Source: Lama glama
Taxonomy: Eukaryota
Direction: 5' to 3'
Assembly (NCBI GenBank): GCA_028534125.1
Contig: CM052824.1
Coordinates: 60,574,001-60,638,000 of the forward strand
Length of the DNA stretch: 64,000 nt
Position 1 is the first letter of the stretch, and every line of letters begins with the position of its first letter. The notes under the pieces were generated by a model. That model made no database searches. It saw nothing but the letters and a program-made list of their open reading frames with translations, and had not been told where the DNA came from. A program made the translations under genes and the position numbers. Below, in pieces: positions 12,571 to 24,793 of the stretch.

Positions 12571-15500
12571 TTGCCGAGTGATTTGGGAGCCCAAGTCAGA
12601 AATCTGGTCATCAGCCTACACCACGGGGCCCTGCTGGGTGCGCAGCCGGCGGGTGGGGATCTGGGCCTCCTGCCACCTCTGCCTCCCCTCTGCCTCCGTG
12701 GGATGAACCGCCGAAGGGGAGGCTGGTCCATGCCCCCATCCCCACCCTCCCATCCTGCATCCTGCATCTCCTCTTGGGAAGCAGGCCCCGCCCAGGACAG
12801 CTAACCCAGGCCAGGACCGAGGGCAGTGAATGATAGCAAAGGGGCTGGTGGTGAAGATGCTGGCTCTGCTAGATCAATGGGGTGGGCGGGAGATGCTGTG
12901 GTTGTGCAGGGGTTGGGGGGGGTCGCAGCTTTGGGACCTAATGAGGGCCCCAGGGAGGGGCGGCCCACCAGAAGGGGCAGGCAAGCCGGTACTGAGCGCT
13001 GGGGGTTAGGAGCTGTGGCTCCCGCCCTGCCCTGCCCTCCTGCCACTGTCCGGGGGGGTTCACTCCCTCAACAGGAAGCAGTGCCCTGGGCAGCCACCCT
13101 GGTCCTGGATGGTGGCCCCTCTGGGCTCTCACACTCAGGGTCCTGCGCTGAGGCCCTGGGTGGACAAAGGCCGCGCTGGGAGGCCTGGCCACAGGGTCGG
13201 GTCCAGCGGGCCCTGACAGGCGGCACCTGTGGCCTTGCCCCCAGAGGTGGTGCTGGGTGCAGGTGTGCGGCCCCAGGTGCAGGTAAGGACCTACTGCAAG
13301 TCGGGGTGAGCTGCTGGGGCCTCCCATCCGGCCCCCTGCCGCTGGAGCACGAGCTCAGGTTCAAACCCTGGAGTGGTTAGGGGTTTCTGGAGGTTGGATG
13401 TTGGAAGTTGGCCTGCCCAGGGAGACGGGGAGGGACGCAGGCTCAGAGCAGAAGCATCCCGTGAGGCTGGCCTAAAATCAGAGCAGAGCAGGCGACATCT
13501 TATATTTTAAGGCAATTACCCAGTTCAACTTTTTCTCAAGAGCCCAGCAGGCAGGGCAGCCACCTGGTCCTGCTGCAGGCGCTCGGTGCCCTGCACCCCA
13601 GGCTTCTCTGGACGAAGTATCCATGGCCTCTCATCACTGTTTCAGAACCACGGGTGCCTGAAGCCTGCATCTGTGCAGCAAGGAGGGGGTCCCGGAAAGA
13701 CCCCCGCCTCGGGGTCTCAGCCTGTCCCCACAGCCCACCCCACAAGGCAGGCCTTCAGCGCCTGGGGCCAGGTGCTCTGAACCTGTAGGACAGTGGACGG
13801 CAGCCTTCCTTCCCCATCCCACGGGCAATTCAGAAAATGAAACCTCTGAAAACTTGGCCCCCGATTATGCAGATAAGTAAGATGGGGAGAGAAATGCTTT
13901 CTCTCTCCAAAGGCCTAATGGCAGTAACATGGAATTCAAACCTCTGTATTGTATTATTTTGTTGATGAGGAATACTTCAGTCGATTACGTGTCTTCAACT
14001 TCCCGGTAGACGACTCGCTATTTGTTGAGAAGGCGGCGATGTCGCTGACTGTTGCCAGAGACTCTAAGCCCTGTTTTGGTGAAATCGTAGCGCCCAGACT
14101 CTAGTAACAAAGCACGCTGACTCCACGTTCAGAAAGATCTTTATATTTAGCCCCTTACCCTTTTGTGATTCCCACCCACCGCTTCAGACAGCAGGACCTT
14201 TTATGTTCATTGCTGTCAGTGGGGTGTCTGCCTTGCAGGGGGCCCCACACCCCCGAGTAATTTAAGCCCCTTGAGTCCTAATGCAGGTGCGGATAATTGC
14301 TGGAGGGCCGCTGTCGGGCTGGCTGAGCCCGGGGGCGTCAAACAATCCCCTGTAAACTGGATTTGGGAACCCAAAAAAGCCACAGCAGTGAGGGGAACCT
14401 CAGGTCACCTTTTTTTAGTGCACAAAACCCTCCCTTGAAATGTTCCCAATTGATCTGAGTGTCTCCTCTTTTTCACTGTTGAACGATGGTTCTGAGAATT
14501 CATCAGCTGGGATCCATGAAGAATCACCCACAACTGTAAGATGATTTTAAAAATCAAGGTGCCCTTTGCCGCTAATCCAATCTTGCCAATAAAAGTGACA
14601 AAACGGGTAGCAGGGAACTTCTGGAAATTTCACCGCCTCTTGGGGTGATAACAGGCATTAATGTTTATCGTCTGTGCTTAATTGTGGCAGAATAGCATGA
14701 AGGGTCCATATTTTTAAAGGAAAATTTGTGCTGTAAATTCCTTGTTCAGGAATCACACCAGCTAGAGGGAGAGTCCCAGAGGAGTGTCAAAAGATACCTA
14801 CCGCGTTCCTTCCAGTGCCAAAGCCGCAGGTCACAATGGGAGTGAACTCAGAGGTGGGGGGGGGGGTCCTGCCTGAAACCAAGCGTCAGAGGAGAGGGGG
14901 CCACAGGATCCCCAAGACCACAGCTCTTGGGAGCCGGGGCCACAGGGGTGCCTTCTCCCAAGGCTCTCCTGGACCCCTGGCCCTCTGCCCCTGCACGTCT
15001 GGGAGCAGGTGAGCAGGGCTGTGAGGGGCCTGACCCCCAGGGCCTGCTGGGAACCACACCCCTCCACCGCCATCTCCTCCTTCCCCGGGGCTGGATGCCT
15101 GGTCTGGGGCCTGGATAAGAGCCAGGACGCACCAGCCTCTCTGTGTGTCTTGTGGCCTCAGACACCCGCACTGTCCAGCCCCTGACGGCAGATCTTTGGC
15201 AGCCGTCTGGTGGGAACCACAGCATGGGGAGAGAAGAAGGGAGGCGGACGGGTGGAGCCGAGGTCTGGCCTGTCCTTAGTGGGCACTGCACAGCAGGTGC
15301 CCTGGATGTACCTCCCAGCAATGCAGCTCCAGCCTGGTCTCCTCCCAGCACCCTGGTCATGGCCTCGGAGCCCTGTCCACAGGGGGACACAGTGGGCAGT
15401 CTCCTGAGGTGGCCAAGCGCCTGGCAGTCTGCAGATATGGCAAGAACACCCTACCTGCAAGGGGTCAGGGGGCTCTCGCCCCTGTGACCCTGGGGGTCGA

Positions 15501-16214
15501 GGCCGTCTGCCACCAGTCAGGGATGGTGACTTCACCTGCTTCCCCAGCTCCTTCAGATGGGACCAACGTGCAAAGTCGGCCACTGGCTGCTGGCAGCTTC
15601 CTGCCTCAGGTGGCGCAGTGCCTGCCTGGCCCGGTGCCTGGGACCCCACGTCAGCCCCTCTGCCGCCTCCCTGAGTACCATCGGTGGGGCTCCCCGTCTT
15701 CTGTGGTCTGAGCACTTGCTTGCCTGCGGCCTCGTCCCAGGGGCCCTCCCTGTATCACCCCCCCATCACAGAGCCTGCGGCCTGCCTCTGTGGGCCACAC
15801 TGCTGCCTGCAGGTCCCAGGGACAACCCAGGATGCAGCGCTGGGTCAGGCTCCTACACCGCTGAGAGGCCTCTGCTGGCTGAGGCGTGTCACGGGTCACC
15901 GGGGCCTGGTGGTGCAGGGTGCGGCCCTGTGATTCCGGAGTGGCTCCAGCTGGGCTTGAGGGCAGACGGCTAGGAAGGCACCGGACCTATCCAGGTCCCC
16001 AGGCGAGGGGCCAGGGCACAGGCACCGTCAAGGAGGCTGCGTCTACCCACAGCATCGTCCGAAGTTGCCTGGGAGGGTCAGCTTGGAGATCGCTGTTGTC
16101 CTGGGGGCAGTGGTGCAGGCCTGGCCCAGGATGACGTGGAGGAGGGGCTGGCAGGGCACCACCACAAGGAGGTGCCGGGGCCAGTGAGGGGTGGCCCCGG
16201 ACTGACGGCCTGCA

Positions 16215-16390
16215 CTTGTGGGCGTGTTTATGTGCGTGTGAGCGCACACACCGGGCGAGCCTCTGTACGCGTGTGTGCATGTGCACGAGGGCATAGGAGA
16301 CTGTGTATTGGGCCCTACATGCGAATGAGCATGAGTGGTGTGCACACTCACGTGTGGGACTGTGGGTGTGCATGTGTGCTCGCACGCAGG
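16215..16390. repeat. Degenerate (TG/CA)n alternating purine-pyrimidine tract
   Basis: gtgcgtgtgagcgcacacac...gtgtgtgcatgtgcacg...gtgtgcatgtgtgctcgcacgca. Confidence 0.7.
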
Positions 16391-18314
16391 GTCAGGCGCG
16401 GGGAAGTGGCGATCACGGCCCCCAGTCCTGCCCCCAGGTGCCAGGGGGGAAGAGCCTCGGGCAGCGGGCTGGCGAGCCCACAGGTCTTTTCCTGAAGCCT
16501 CGGAATCGCTGCCTTTTAGAGGCAGTCTGCCTGCCGGCTTGGTTCCCTCCTTGCTCCAGGGCCTCGTGCCAGCCCTGCCCCGAGCGAGGAGAGGAGGCCG
16601 GCGGCAGAGCCGTGACCTCGGCCGCTCCCCACGCGCCAGCCGCGAGCTTCTTGGCCGGGTGGTCTCCTAGAAACAGCCACAAATACTCCTTCCATTCTCT
16701 CCGGAAGAACAGGGCACACGAGTTTTCTGCTAAGAGAAGCACAAACCCCCAGCCCAAGGCTGACTCCATCCCACCAGAGACGCGAGCCCCTGCTCCTGGA
16801 GGCCCCAGGCCTCCGCCGCGGCCCCAGCAAGGCCCCGTGCGCCGTCCAGGCCGGGATTCCTCTGCCAGCTGGCCGCCCTCTGCAGGTGGCCTCACGTTGG
16901 AAAGCAGCTGCTGGCTGCCCCAGTTCAGGCCACGTCGTGGCCCCTGAGGCCTCTGCCCAGGGCCATCCAAGAGGCCCAAGGACAGACGGACGGACGTCGT
17001 CGAAGCGGCAGCTTCAGAAACGGCACCTCCCAGTAAGTGAAAGGACGCGTCACCGCGGGAGCTTGGAGGGCCCCAGTGTCAGTGCCCACGTCCTCTGGCC
17101 TCTCCCAGGGCTGGGCTCCAGCTCCCCAGATTCCTCCCACCCAGGACGGGCTGAAGACAGCAGTGAACAGGTAGGGGACACCCAGGGCCCAGCAGCTGCT
17201 TTCCAGTCTCTGGCCGAGGGCTGGGGGACAGATGGGAAACCGTGGGTCAGTGGGCACCTTCCTGAGCCCGCGGGTGTGGCTGGCTGTCCGCCTCATCCCC
17301 GCGGGGCTGGTGGCCGCAGCCAAGTCCTCTCCGGGGTTCCTGGCACCTGTGCACAGTGTGCCCAACCTCATTCTCCCGGGTTGTGTACAAATAGCTTGGC
17401 AGGGGGCCTTCTGGAGGTGGGGAGTGGGCGGGGGCATCAGAAACAGACACAGAAAGAACCCCAAATTTGTCCCCAGTCTTGGCAGTCTGCCAGCAGAAAA
17501 GGCCCCTTTGCGTTCCTCGGCGCCAGGAGGCAGGTCTGACAAAAGCAGCGTGGCCTCGAGGTGGCAGGATGCATCTGTGCGCCTCTTCCCGAAAGCGGGA
17601 GTTGTTAGCTGAGCTTAGGTGTGTGCGGACCCTGCCGCTCCTTTTAGAAAAGACGGGACTGGGGTGGGTTCCCGGCAGCGACAGAAAGCTCGGGTTGTAG
17701 GAACACGTGGTGGGAAAGGACGTGGGCCAATGGGAACAATGGCGTCACGATGAATCCACTCTCTGTGCTTCGGAAAAGGGAGGGAAAGGGCAGGATAGGG
17801 GCCCCAGAGCTGGGATCTGCTGAGTACAGCCAGATGTGGCTGCCAGGGCCCATGTGCCCAGGAACCTCGCTCTGCCAGGCGTCCCTGACCCAAACTGCCC
17901 ACCACAGGGACCGGAGATTCTAAATGCCCGCCGTGCCCACCCCTCCTCGTCCAGGCTGGGCCGTGGGTTCCCTTACTGGCCTGGTTCAAGAAAGGAGACA
18001 CACCTTTGGAAATTCTCGAATTTGAGAATTTCTTAATAAAAAAATACACTAAAACTCACCCAGGGGAAGGAAAGAGGGCCTGCAGTTACAGACATTATGT
18101 CTCCTTGCATGGTAATTTCTGTTTCTGGGGCTGATTCTCCGCCTGTATCTCCACCCTAGGTGTGGGCAGCGTGGACAGACAGGGCTGAGGTGGACAAGGG
18201 GTGCTCTTGCGGGGGGGGGGCCTGAGGAATGTGCGGGTCCAGTCCTGTGGTCTCTTCTAAGACAAGATCTGGCACACTCGATTCCACCCCAGTGGTGCCT
18301 GTAGAGCAGCACAG

Positions 18315-18450
18315 CCCCTTGGCTAGAGCTGGCCGTTTTCAGTTTCCTTCTCTGTAAATAGGGAGACAACAGCTCCTCCTCTAGGCTGAGATGAGGGTCA
18401 GGTGTGTGTAAACCACATGGGAAGAGCTTAGCAAAGGATCCCGCCCCTGG
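18315..18450 (+). mobile_element. MIR SINE relic
   Basis: cagtttccttctctgtaaatagggagacaac resembles the MIR core. Confidence 0.55.
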
Positions 18451-18522
18451 AGAGTGCAGAGTGACCATTCTGTGGAGGTGAGAACAGTTCTGGTGGTGAC
18501 TTCAGTGATGATGGTGAAGATG

Positions 18523-18660
18523 NNNNNNNNNNNNNNNNNNNNNNNNNNNNNNNNNNNNNNNNNNNNNNNNNNNNNNNNNNNNNNNNNNNNNNNNNNNNNN
18601 NNNNNNNNNNNNNNNNNNNNNNNNNNNNNNNNNNNNNNNNNNNNNNNNNNNNNNNNNNNN
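18523..18660. other. Assembly gap (138 N)
   Basis: Run of N flanked by (GAT/GGT)n-like repeat sequence. Confidence 0.99.
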
Positions 18661-21600
18661 TCATGATGATGACAGGTATGCTGGGGTCAGTGAGGGTGGT
18701 GAAGGCGATGCAGCAGGCAGACATGATCATAAGGACATCCAAGGACTGAGGTCATAGGAGTCAGGAGGGGCTGTACAGGAGGAGCGGGCTTCAATCCTCA
18801 GAGCATCAGCCAAAGGAGGCTCGGAAGGAGGCCCAAGCAGAGTGTGTTTGGGGATGGAGGAGCTGGTGGTGGTGAGCAGCAGGGATGCTGGAGAGAGGCA
18901 CAGGCAGATATGGGCCCTCGGAGGTGGAGAAGAGCCAGGAGGAGATGAAAGAGGCCCCTGAGTCTGGCTAAGGTTAGGGGAGACGCCTGCTCAGAGGCCT
19001 GGATGAAAGGGGGATGGGAACTGGGCCCCTGAGGGCGAGAGGCAGCTGAGCCGCAGGGCATGAGGTGCCAGGCAGGGAGACCTGGGTGTCCGTCAGGTGG
19101 GAAAATCAGCACTCGCTTCCTGCTTTCTCGGCAAATGAGCCTGGCTTTGTGTTTCTGTACAGAAACAACCCCAACCTGGCGAAGGATGCTCACGGCCCAA
19201 TCTTAGGTTGCGTTGTCTGGAGGGCACCAGGTGGGGTCAGGAGGGAGGACCCTGGGTGGATGTCCTGCCATGCCTTGGAGACAGTGGCCCATCTACTCCC
19301 GTCCCTGCTAGGAGCCACCTGCAGGGTTTTGCTGACGCAGATGCTGCCTCAGATGACAGGGAGCTGCAGACTTTCTCCCTTCTCTTAGCCTGGACCGTCT
19401 CCTGGTACCAGATGGGCTGCAGGCACCGGACTTAGCTCCTGACTCCTGTCAGGGGGACAGGACTGGGATGGGTGAGGGGTCCTTGGGACAGCAGGCCCAT
19501 CCTGTGTGGCCTGGTGTGGGGGGAGCCAGGGTACAGATGCCCCCACACCCTCTCCTGCCTGCAGACCCTCCAGGGTAGACCCCAGGCCACAGTGAGGATG
19601 TCTGCCCACTGGGCAGACGGAGGGAGGGGCTGGCATGCAGCCCAGATGGAGCCCTGGCCTGGTGGCCTGGACAGCTCAAGAAGGGGCCCGAGGGTGCCCA
19701 CCTGGCCTTGAACGGCCCTCATGCTGCACCCCATCGGGGGCCCACAGCCCCACGCGTCTCCCAGTGTGGACCACTCTGCTTCACTGACCGCCCAGGTGCC
19801 TGTGTCCCCCCACATCTTTCTAACCAACCAGCTCCTTGCTAATTGCGTCTGCCAGGTGTCTGGTCACCCACAAACGGGACGGGCTCTCACCTCAGGGCTG
19901 ATAACATTTTAGGGTTTTGATTCTGGCAACTGGAGGAAACAACTTGGCCTAGAACCGGCGAGGCCCCGGGCCCACAGCAGCCACTTGACGGTAGCAGCGG
20001 GGCCTGCGCCGGCTTTATTCACAGCAAGGTCTCTCCGCCTTGGTCTCGATGTCCTACACAGGTGATTAGGGAGTCTAATTGAATCGGCTATAAAAAGATA
20101 ATTAATTGGCTTTTCCCTCCCAGAGAGGTCAGGCTGCCCGATCTCCCTGGCCGGCTCGGCCTCCTCTCTCTGGAGGCAGCATAGTGACCTTTATCTTGCT
20201 GATAAAGCTGTAATTGTTGTAATTAAAATCGACATAAAGGCTTCAGAAGTCACTCGCGGGAGCGGAGGACAGGCGTCTGCTCACAGGGGCCTCCTGGTGG
20301 GCCGCTCTGGCTGGGGGACCCCAGAAACAGGCCAGGAGCAGCTCCAGGGGCCCTGGAGGCCAAGGCAAGACGATCACCCGAGAACAATGTCCCCTTGAGC
20401 ACACGAGGGGACATGGGACATTTCTGGCCCTTGGGGGCACCCTCAGGCCCCCACAGCCCAGACGCAGGGCTGGTGGACTCCGCCAGGATCTGGTGCGCTT
20501 GGAAGTGGCCGCTCGGCCTGAGGAAGCCCCAGCGGGAGGACGGCCGCCCCGTTCCCGGAGGGGATCTGCCGTGGCAGTGCCGGGGCCTCGCTGCGTGCCC
20601 AGCGGCGTCTCTGTGGCTGAGTCTGTTCTCAGACGTCGGGGGTCCTCCCATGCAGTTGGGCCCCTGGGGACCAGGTCTTCAGCGGGGCGGACAGGGTGAA
20701 ACAGGGGCCAACGAGGGGCCGTCGCACCGCAGCAGCCTCGCAGTTCAGCTGCGTGAGCAGAGGCTGGAGGGCCCGGCGTCCAGGAGGCTGAGGCTGGTGG
20801 CAGCCGGGGATGCGGGAGGAGGTCAACAGGAGTTTGGAGCCGGCACGGACGGCGCCTGAGTGAGAATCTGCATGCTAGATGGAGTGTGAGGAATGGACCA
20901 GAGAGCCGAGCTAGGCGGAGAGGCAAGGCAGTGGCCTGGACCCCGACTGGTGACCATGGCATCGCCCATAAGGACAGGGACCGAGAGGGCTTGGGAGACC
21001 AGTACCATCGCCCATGCTCCTCACCAAGAGGGGACTGAGCTGCAGGAGGGGTGGCAACAGGCCTGGGGGACCCAGGGCCCCATGGTGTGGGAGTGTCTGC
21101 AGGGAGCTGGAGGCGGGGGCTCCTCTGGGTAAACGCAGTGCTGACATCCACGGTGAGTGAGGTGCCCACCCAAGGAGGGGGCGGGATAGGAGAGAAAGGG
21201 CCAGGTGTGCCCAGGACAGGCGTTGGATGTCCAGCAGAGGGGCCAGGGAGGGCAGCCAGTGGGGACAGCGGGAGAGAGGTTGTCTGTGGCCGCTGACACC
21301 GGAGCAGGTGGGTGTACTGCAGGGTGGGGCCCAAGCAAGCCCCTGACGTCGGGGGTGGGGGATGCTGGGCCGTGGTCATGGGGGGCCTGGAACCTCAACA
21401 AATGTGGAGAAGCCTGTACTGACCGTCCCAGCGCCCTGAGCGATGCAGCACGAATGGATGGAAACCCCACGGCAGACTAAAGAGCCGCTGTTCTCAGTGG
21501 GAGACAGAAACCTGAAAGGCCTCTCCCGGGCCTGCTGAGCACCATGTCTTGATCCGGAACCCCCAGATCCCCACGAGGCTTGCGGCCTCATCAAGTGCCG

Positions 21601-22419
21601 CCAGGCCACCGTGCTGCCTCCCCAGCCTGTCTCCAGCCAGGCCTGGACGCCACCCAGCCCACAAATGTTCCACCCGGCAGTCCACACACAGGCCACCTGA
21701 GGATGGGGTGGCCAGGGATGGCGGGCCGGCCTGTCTGGACGTCACACATGCAGAGCAAATAGAAGCTGGCTGTCCAACTGGACGAGCCAGGAAGCCACCA
21801 TCCAGCCAAGACAGAAGAGGCGAAGGAGGCAGTAGGGAGCGTGTCCAAGGAGCAGGGCAGCGTGTGTGGCCAGAGGGAGCTGACCTGGCCAGGCTGGACT
21901 GTGTTCTGGGGACAGTGGGGGCAGCGGCCTGGCTCCGTGGGGGTTATTGGGAAACAGATCTGAGGGCGAGGGAGGATCCAGGAGTCCCAGAGGGCAGTGC
22001 CATGTAGGGGGAAGTGCTGGGGCCCGTGGGGGACGTGGTGGGCACGGTGGATCCAGATGCATTTGAGACAGAGTTGGTGCTGCTGCCAAGACCAGAGGAA
22101 GCGTGGGGACCAATGGGGCTGCCCCTCCCCCCGCTTCTGGCTCAAGGGCCTGGGTGGGTGCCAGGCAGATTTGGGGGTTCCCTCTGAGAAGTAAGCATGT
22201 GAGGCTGGTGGAAATGGCAGGAGGCGGTCAGCAGCCCAGCTCAGTGTGGGCAGCACGCGTCTGTGGAGATGGGTGCCCGTGGTCAGTAAGGCCCACCTCC
22301 AACCCCGTGTCCAGGTCGTCCTGACTCCAAAGGCTGCCCTGTTGCCCACCCCCCTCCCCTCCACGTAGGGCAGTCCCATGGGGTCCGATGCACGTCCCAA
22401 CTCCCAGTCCCAGGCCAAG

Positions 22420-22515
22420 GGCCAAACGTGCCTGGGGCTGCAGACACAGCTGCCTTTGGGGTTTAAGCCAGCCTGTGCTGGGTTCTCTCCCTTGCAACAA
22501 AGAGAGTCCTGGAGC
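22420..22515 (+). mobile_element. MaLR (MLT1-like) LTR 3' fragment
   Basis: tttaagccagcctgtgctgggttctctcccttgcaacaaagagagtcct resembles the MLT1 3' end. Confidence 0.5.
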
Positions 22516-24451
22516 CGCCACCGCCTCTGCCCTTGGACTGGGAATGCTGCGTCCCAGGGTCTGCCCTCCCGGCTGGGAGCTGCAGGCGCACCTGAGCCAC
22601 CATCGGGTTCCCTGAGTCCTCTCCCCGCCAACTCCATCAGTTTGATTTCAGCGCTGCGTGTGCTCCCGGGAGCGCCCGAGGCTCCCACTGCACCGTCTGA
22701 GCCTTGGTCTCCCTCACTCACACCTGTGCTCCAAGGAGGCGCCGCGAGTTTCCCTGAGAGCCTCCCCTGAGTGCTCGGCGCCCATGACGGTCAGGAGGAC
22801 TGGCTGCTTCAACAGCCCCGCCCTGAGCCCGACGGACATGGCTTGGATGTGCGCTGATCCGCATGCCAGATGCGTTTCCATGTCCCCACCCGGTTCCCAG
22901 CCCCCAAAGGGCGTTTTTTGATCCCAGGTCTGGAGCTGCTGCTCCAGCAGGAACCAGAGGCCTTAGCAAGTTCTAGCTCCGGCTGGGGTCCGGGCCAGCG
23001 TGGTCACCTTGGCAGAGGGCTGTTAGGACACAGCACGGGGGTCTTTATTGTCCAGCGGTGTCGATAAAAGAGGCAGGCCAAGCTAGCTCCTCTGGAACCC
23101 GCGTGGAAACCGGCGGTGCATGAAAAAATGGAAATTGTGCCGTCAGCAGCGCGGTTCCCCGCTATTGCCCAGGACGTAAATAGTGGGAGGGCAGCAGAAG
23201 CTAATGGGCAGGAGGACGTTAGCTGGAGAACGTCCTTGCGGAAAGAAAGACTTTCCTCTGCATAATGTGTCATAATGATGAGATTAAGACACCCCTGAGA
23301 GAAACAATTCCCCGCCTGCAATTTGGAAATACTTCTTGGGCCCGTCGCCGCCTCTCCCTGCAGAAGGTGGGCCCTGGGGAAGGGCTGTTAGTGGCTGAGG
23401 CCCCAGGGCCCCATCCAGAGCACGGATGACAGACCCCCCGCCACTCACCCCGAGCCCCTACCCTCCAAGGGGGACTCTGCCGGCAGGAGTGGCCAGCCAC
23501 CTCCCCGAGGCCAGCTTCTGCTAACGTGCGTGCCCCACTGGTATATGTGGGCTAGGCAGGGACCCTGGGGACAGGCTGGTCAGGAGAGCCTGGATGTCCA
23601 GCCTCCATAGGAGAGCGGGCCTGAGGGGCACACGTTTGCGTTGGTCTGGGTGGTCCTGCACCAGGGCCACGACCCAGCCCCACCCCGGCTCAGCTGCCGC
23701 CTCCTGTGCAGAGGAGATGAAGGAGGGCAGCTGAGGCTGCCTGGGGGTAGCGGAAGGAGCCTGGGGACATGCCTGCAGGAAGGGACGCTCCTGTCGTCCT
23801 CACACCTTGAGACGGGGGGGGCCAGGATGGGCAGGGGTCCCGGTGGGGTGCCTGCTGCAGAGGCAGAAGGCTGAGCCCACTCCTCCGACACTCTGTGGCG
23901 CTGGAGACGGTCAGGGTCTTGCCTCGCGTGGCCTACTGACAGCTGCAGGCTCTCCTGAGCTCTGTGCTCACACGGATGTGGCCTGACATCACTCGGGCCG
24001 TGGGAAAGTCCTCTGGTCACACTGCTTAGAGAGGGTGCTGGGCTCTGCCTGGCTGAGCTCAAGGCCTCTCTCCGGGGGCCGGTCCAGGCCTGGCCAAGAT
24101 GCCCAGGGCCTCAGCCCTCAGGAGACCCCCCTGCCCCAGGGCATCGCCTGCCAGGCCTGATGGTGGACCCCGGACGAAGGGGTCAAGGGGCTGTGGACCC
24201 CAAAGGACACTGGCTACAGAGCTGCTGTCTACACCAGGCCCAGCCTTGCCCCTGCCTGGCCTCTCCCCTGGAGGTGGCCTTGTGGCAGCTCTCTGGGCAG
24301 CAGGGCCAGGACCCCAGCCCCGCCGGGGCCCACGTGGCCGTCCATGGACGTCTCACTTGAGAGGCCACTGAAAGCTGCTTCCTGACCTTTGCTTCGTGAC
24401 ACTCAGAGGGCCTTCCTTTCTTCCCTTTTCTGAAAGTCGCTCACCCCTCAG

Positions 24452-24585
24452 CCAGGAGACACGAGACCCCCTGTCCCAAGCACTGTCAGCGTGTGGAGCG
24501 AGGCTATGCCCAGTTCTCAGACGTCTGCCTCGGCGCCCCTCCGCCCGAGCACTGCCCCATCCTGTTCCTGGACAGCCTCCACGAG
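24452..24585 (+). CDS. MORN1: MORN1 coding exon (equivalent to human exon 11)
   Basis: Acceptor cccctcag| (an alternative in-frame AG gives a start at 24437) and donor GAG|gtaggg; 134 nt, phase 1/0. Translates ARRHETPCPKHCQRVERGYAQFSDVCLGAPPPEHCPILFLDSLHE, versus human [45 protein letters not shown]. Confidence 0.9.
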
Positions 24586-24719
24586 GTAGGGGTGGGAAAC
24601 CCCCGACCGGGCTCAGCTGCACTGCCCGACACTGAGGCCAGTGTATGGGGGGTGCTGGGAGGGGGGCGCCGTGGGGAGCCTCTAATCTCTCCCCGCCCCT
24701 CGCCCACCCCTCCTAAAAG

Positions 24720-24793
24720 GCAAGCGGCCGGCCCGGAGGGCTGGGCCCCAGAAACATGACGCCCACAGCGCAGGACTCGCCAGAAGGCAGCAG
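24720..24793 (+). CDS. MORN1: MORN1 coding exon (equivalent to human exon 12)
   Basis: Acceptor ccctcctaaaag| and donor AG|gtaaga; 74 nt, phase 0/2. Translates ASGRPGGLGPRNMTPTAQDSPEGSR, versus human [27 protein letters not shown]. Confidence 0.85.

Noticed and set aside
13961-14049. Possible intronic C/D-box snoRNA (TGATGA ... CTGA)
   Set aside because: Box C is imperfect, there is no terminal stem, and I saw no rRNA/snRNA guide complementarity.
20243-22721. 378-aa and 376-aa minus-strand ORFs
   Set aside because: GC-driven composition, no domain, and partial overlap with probable L2/MaLR relics inside a MORN1 intron.
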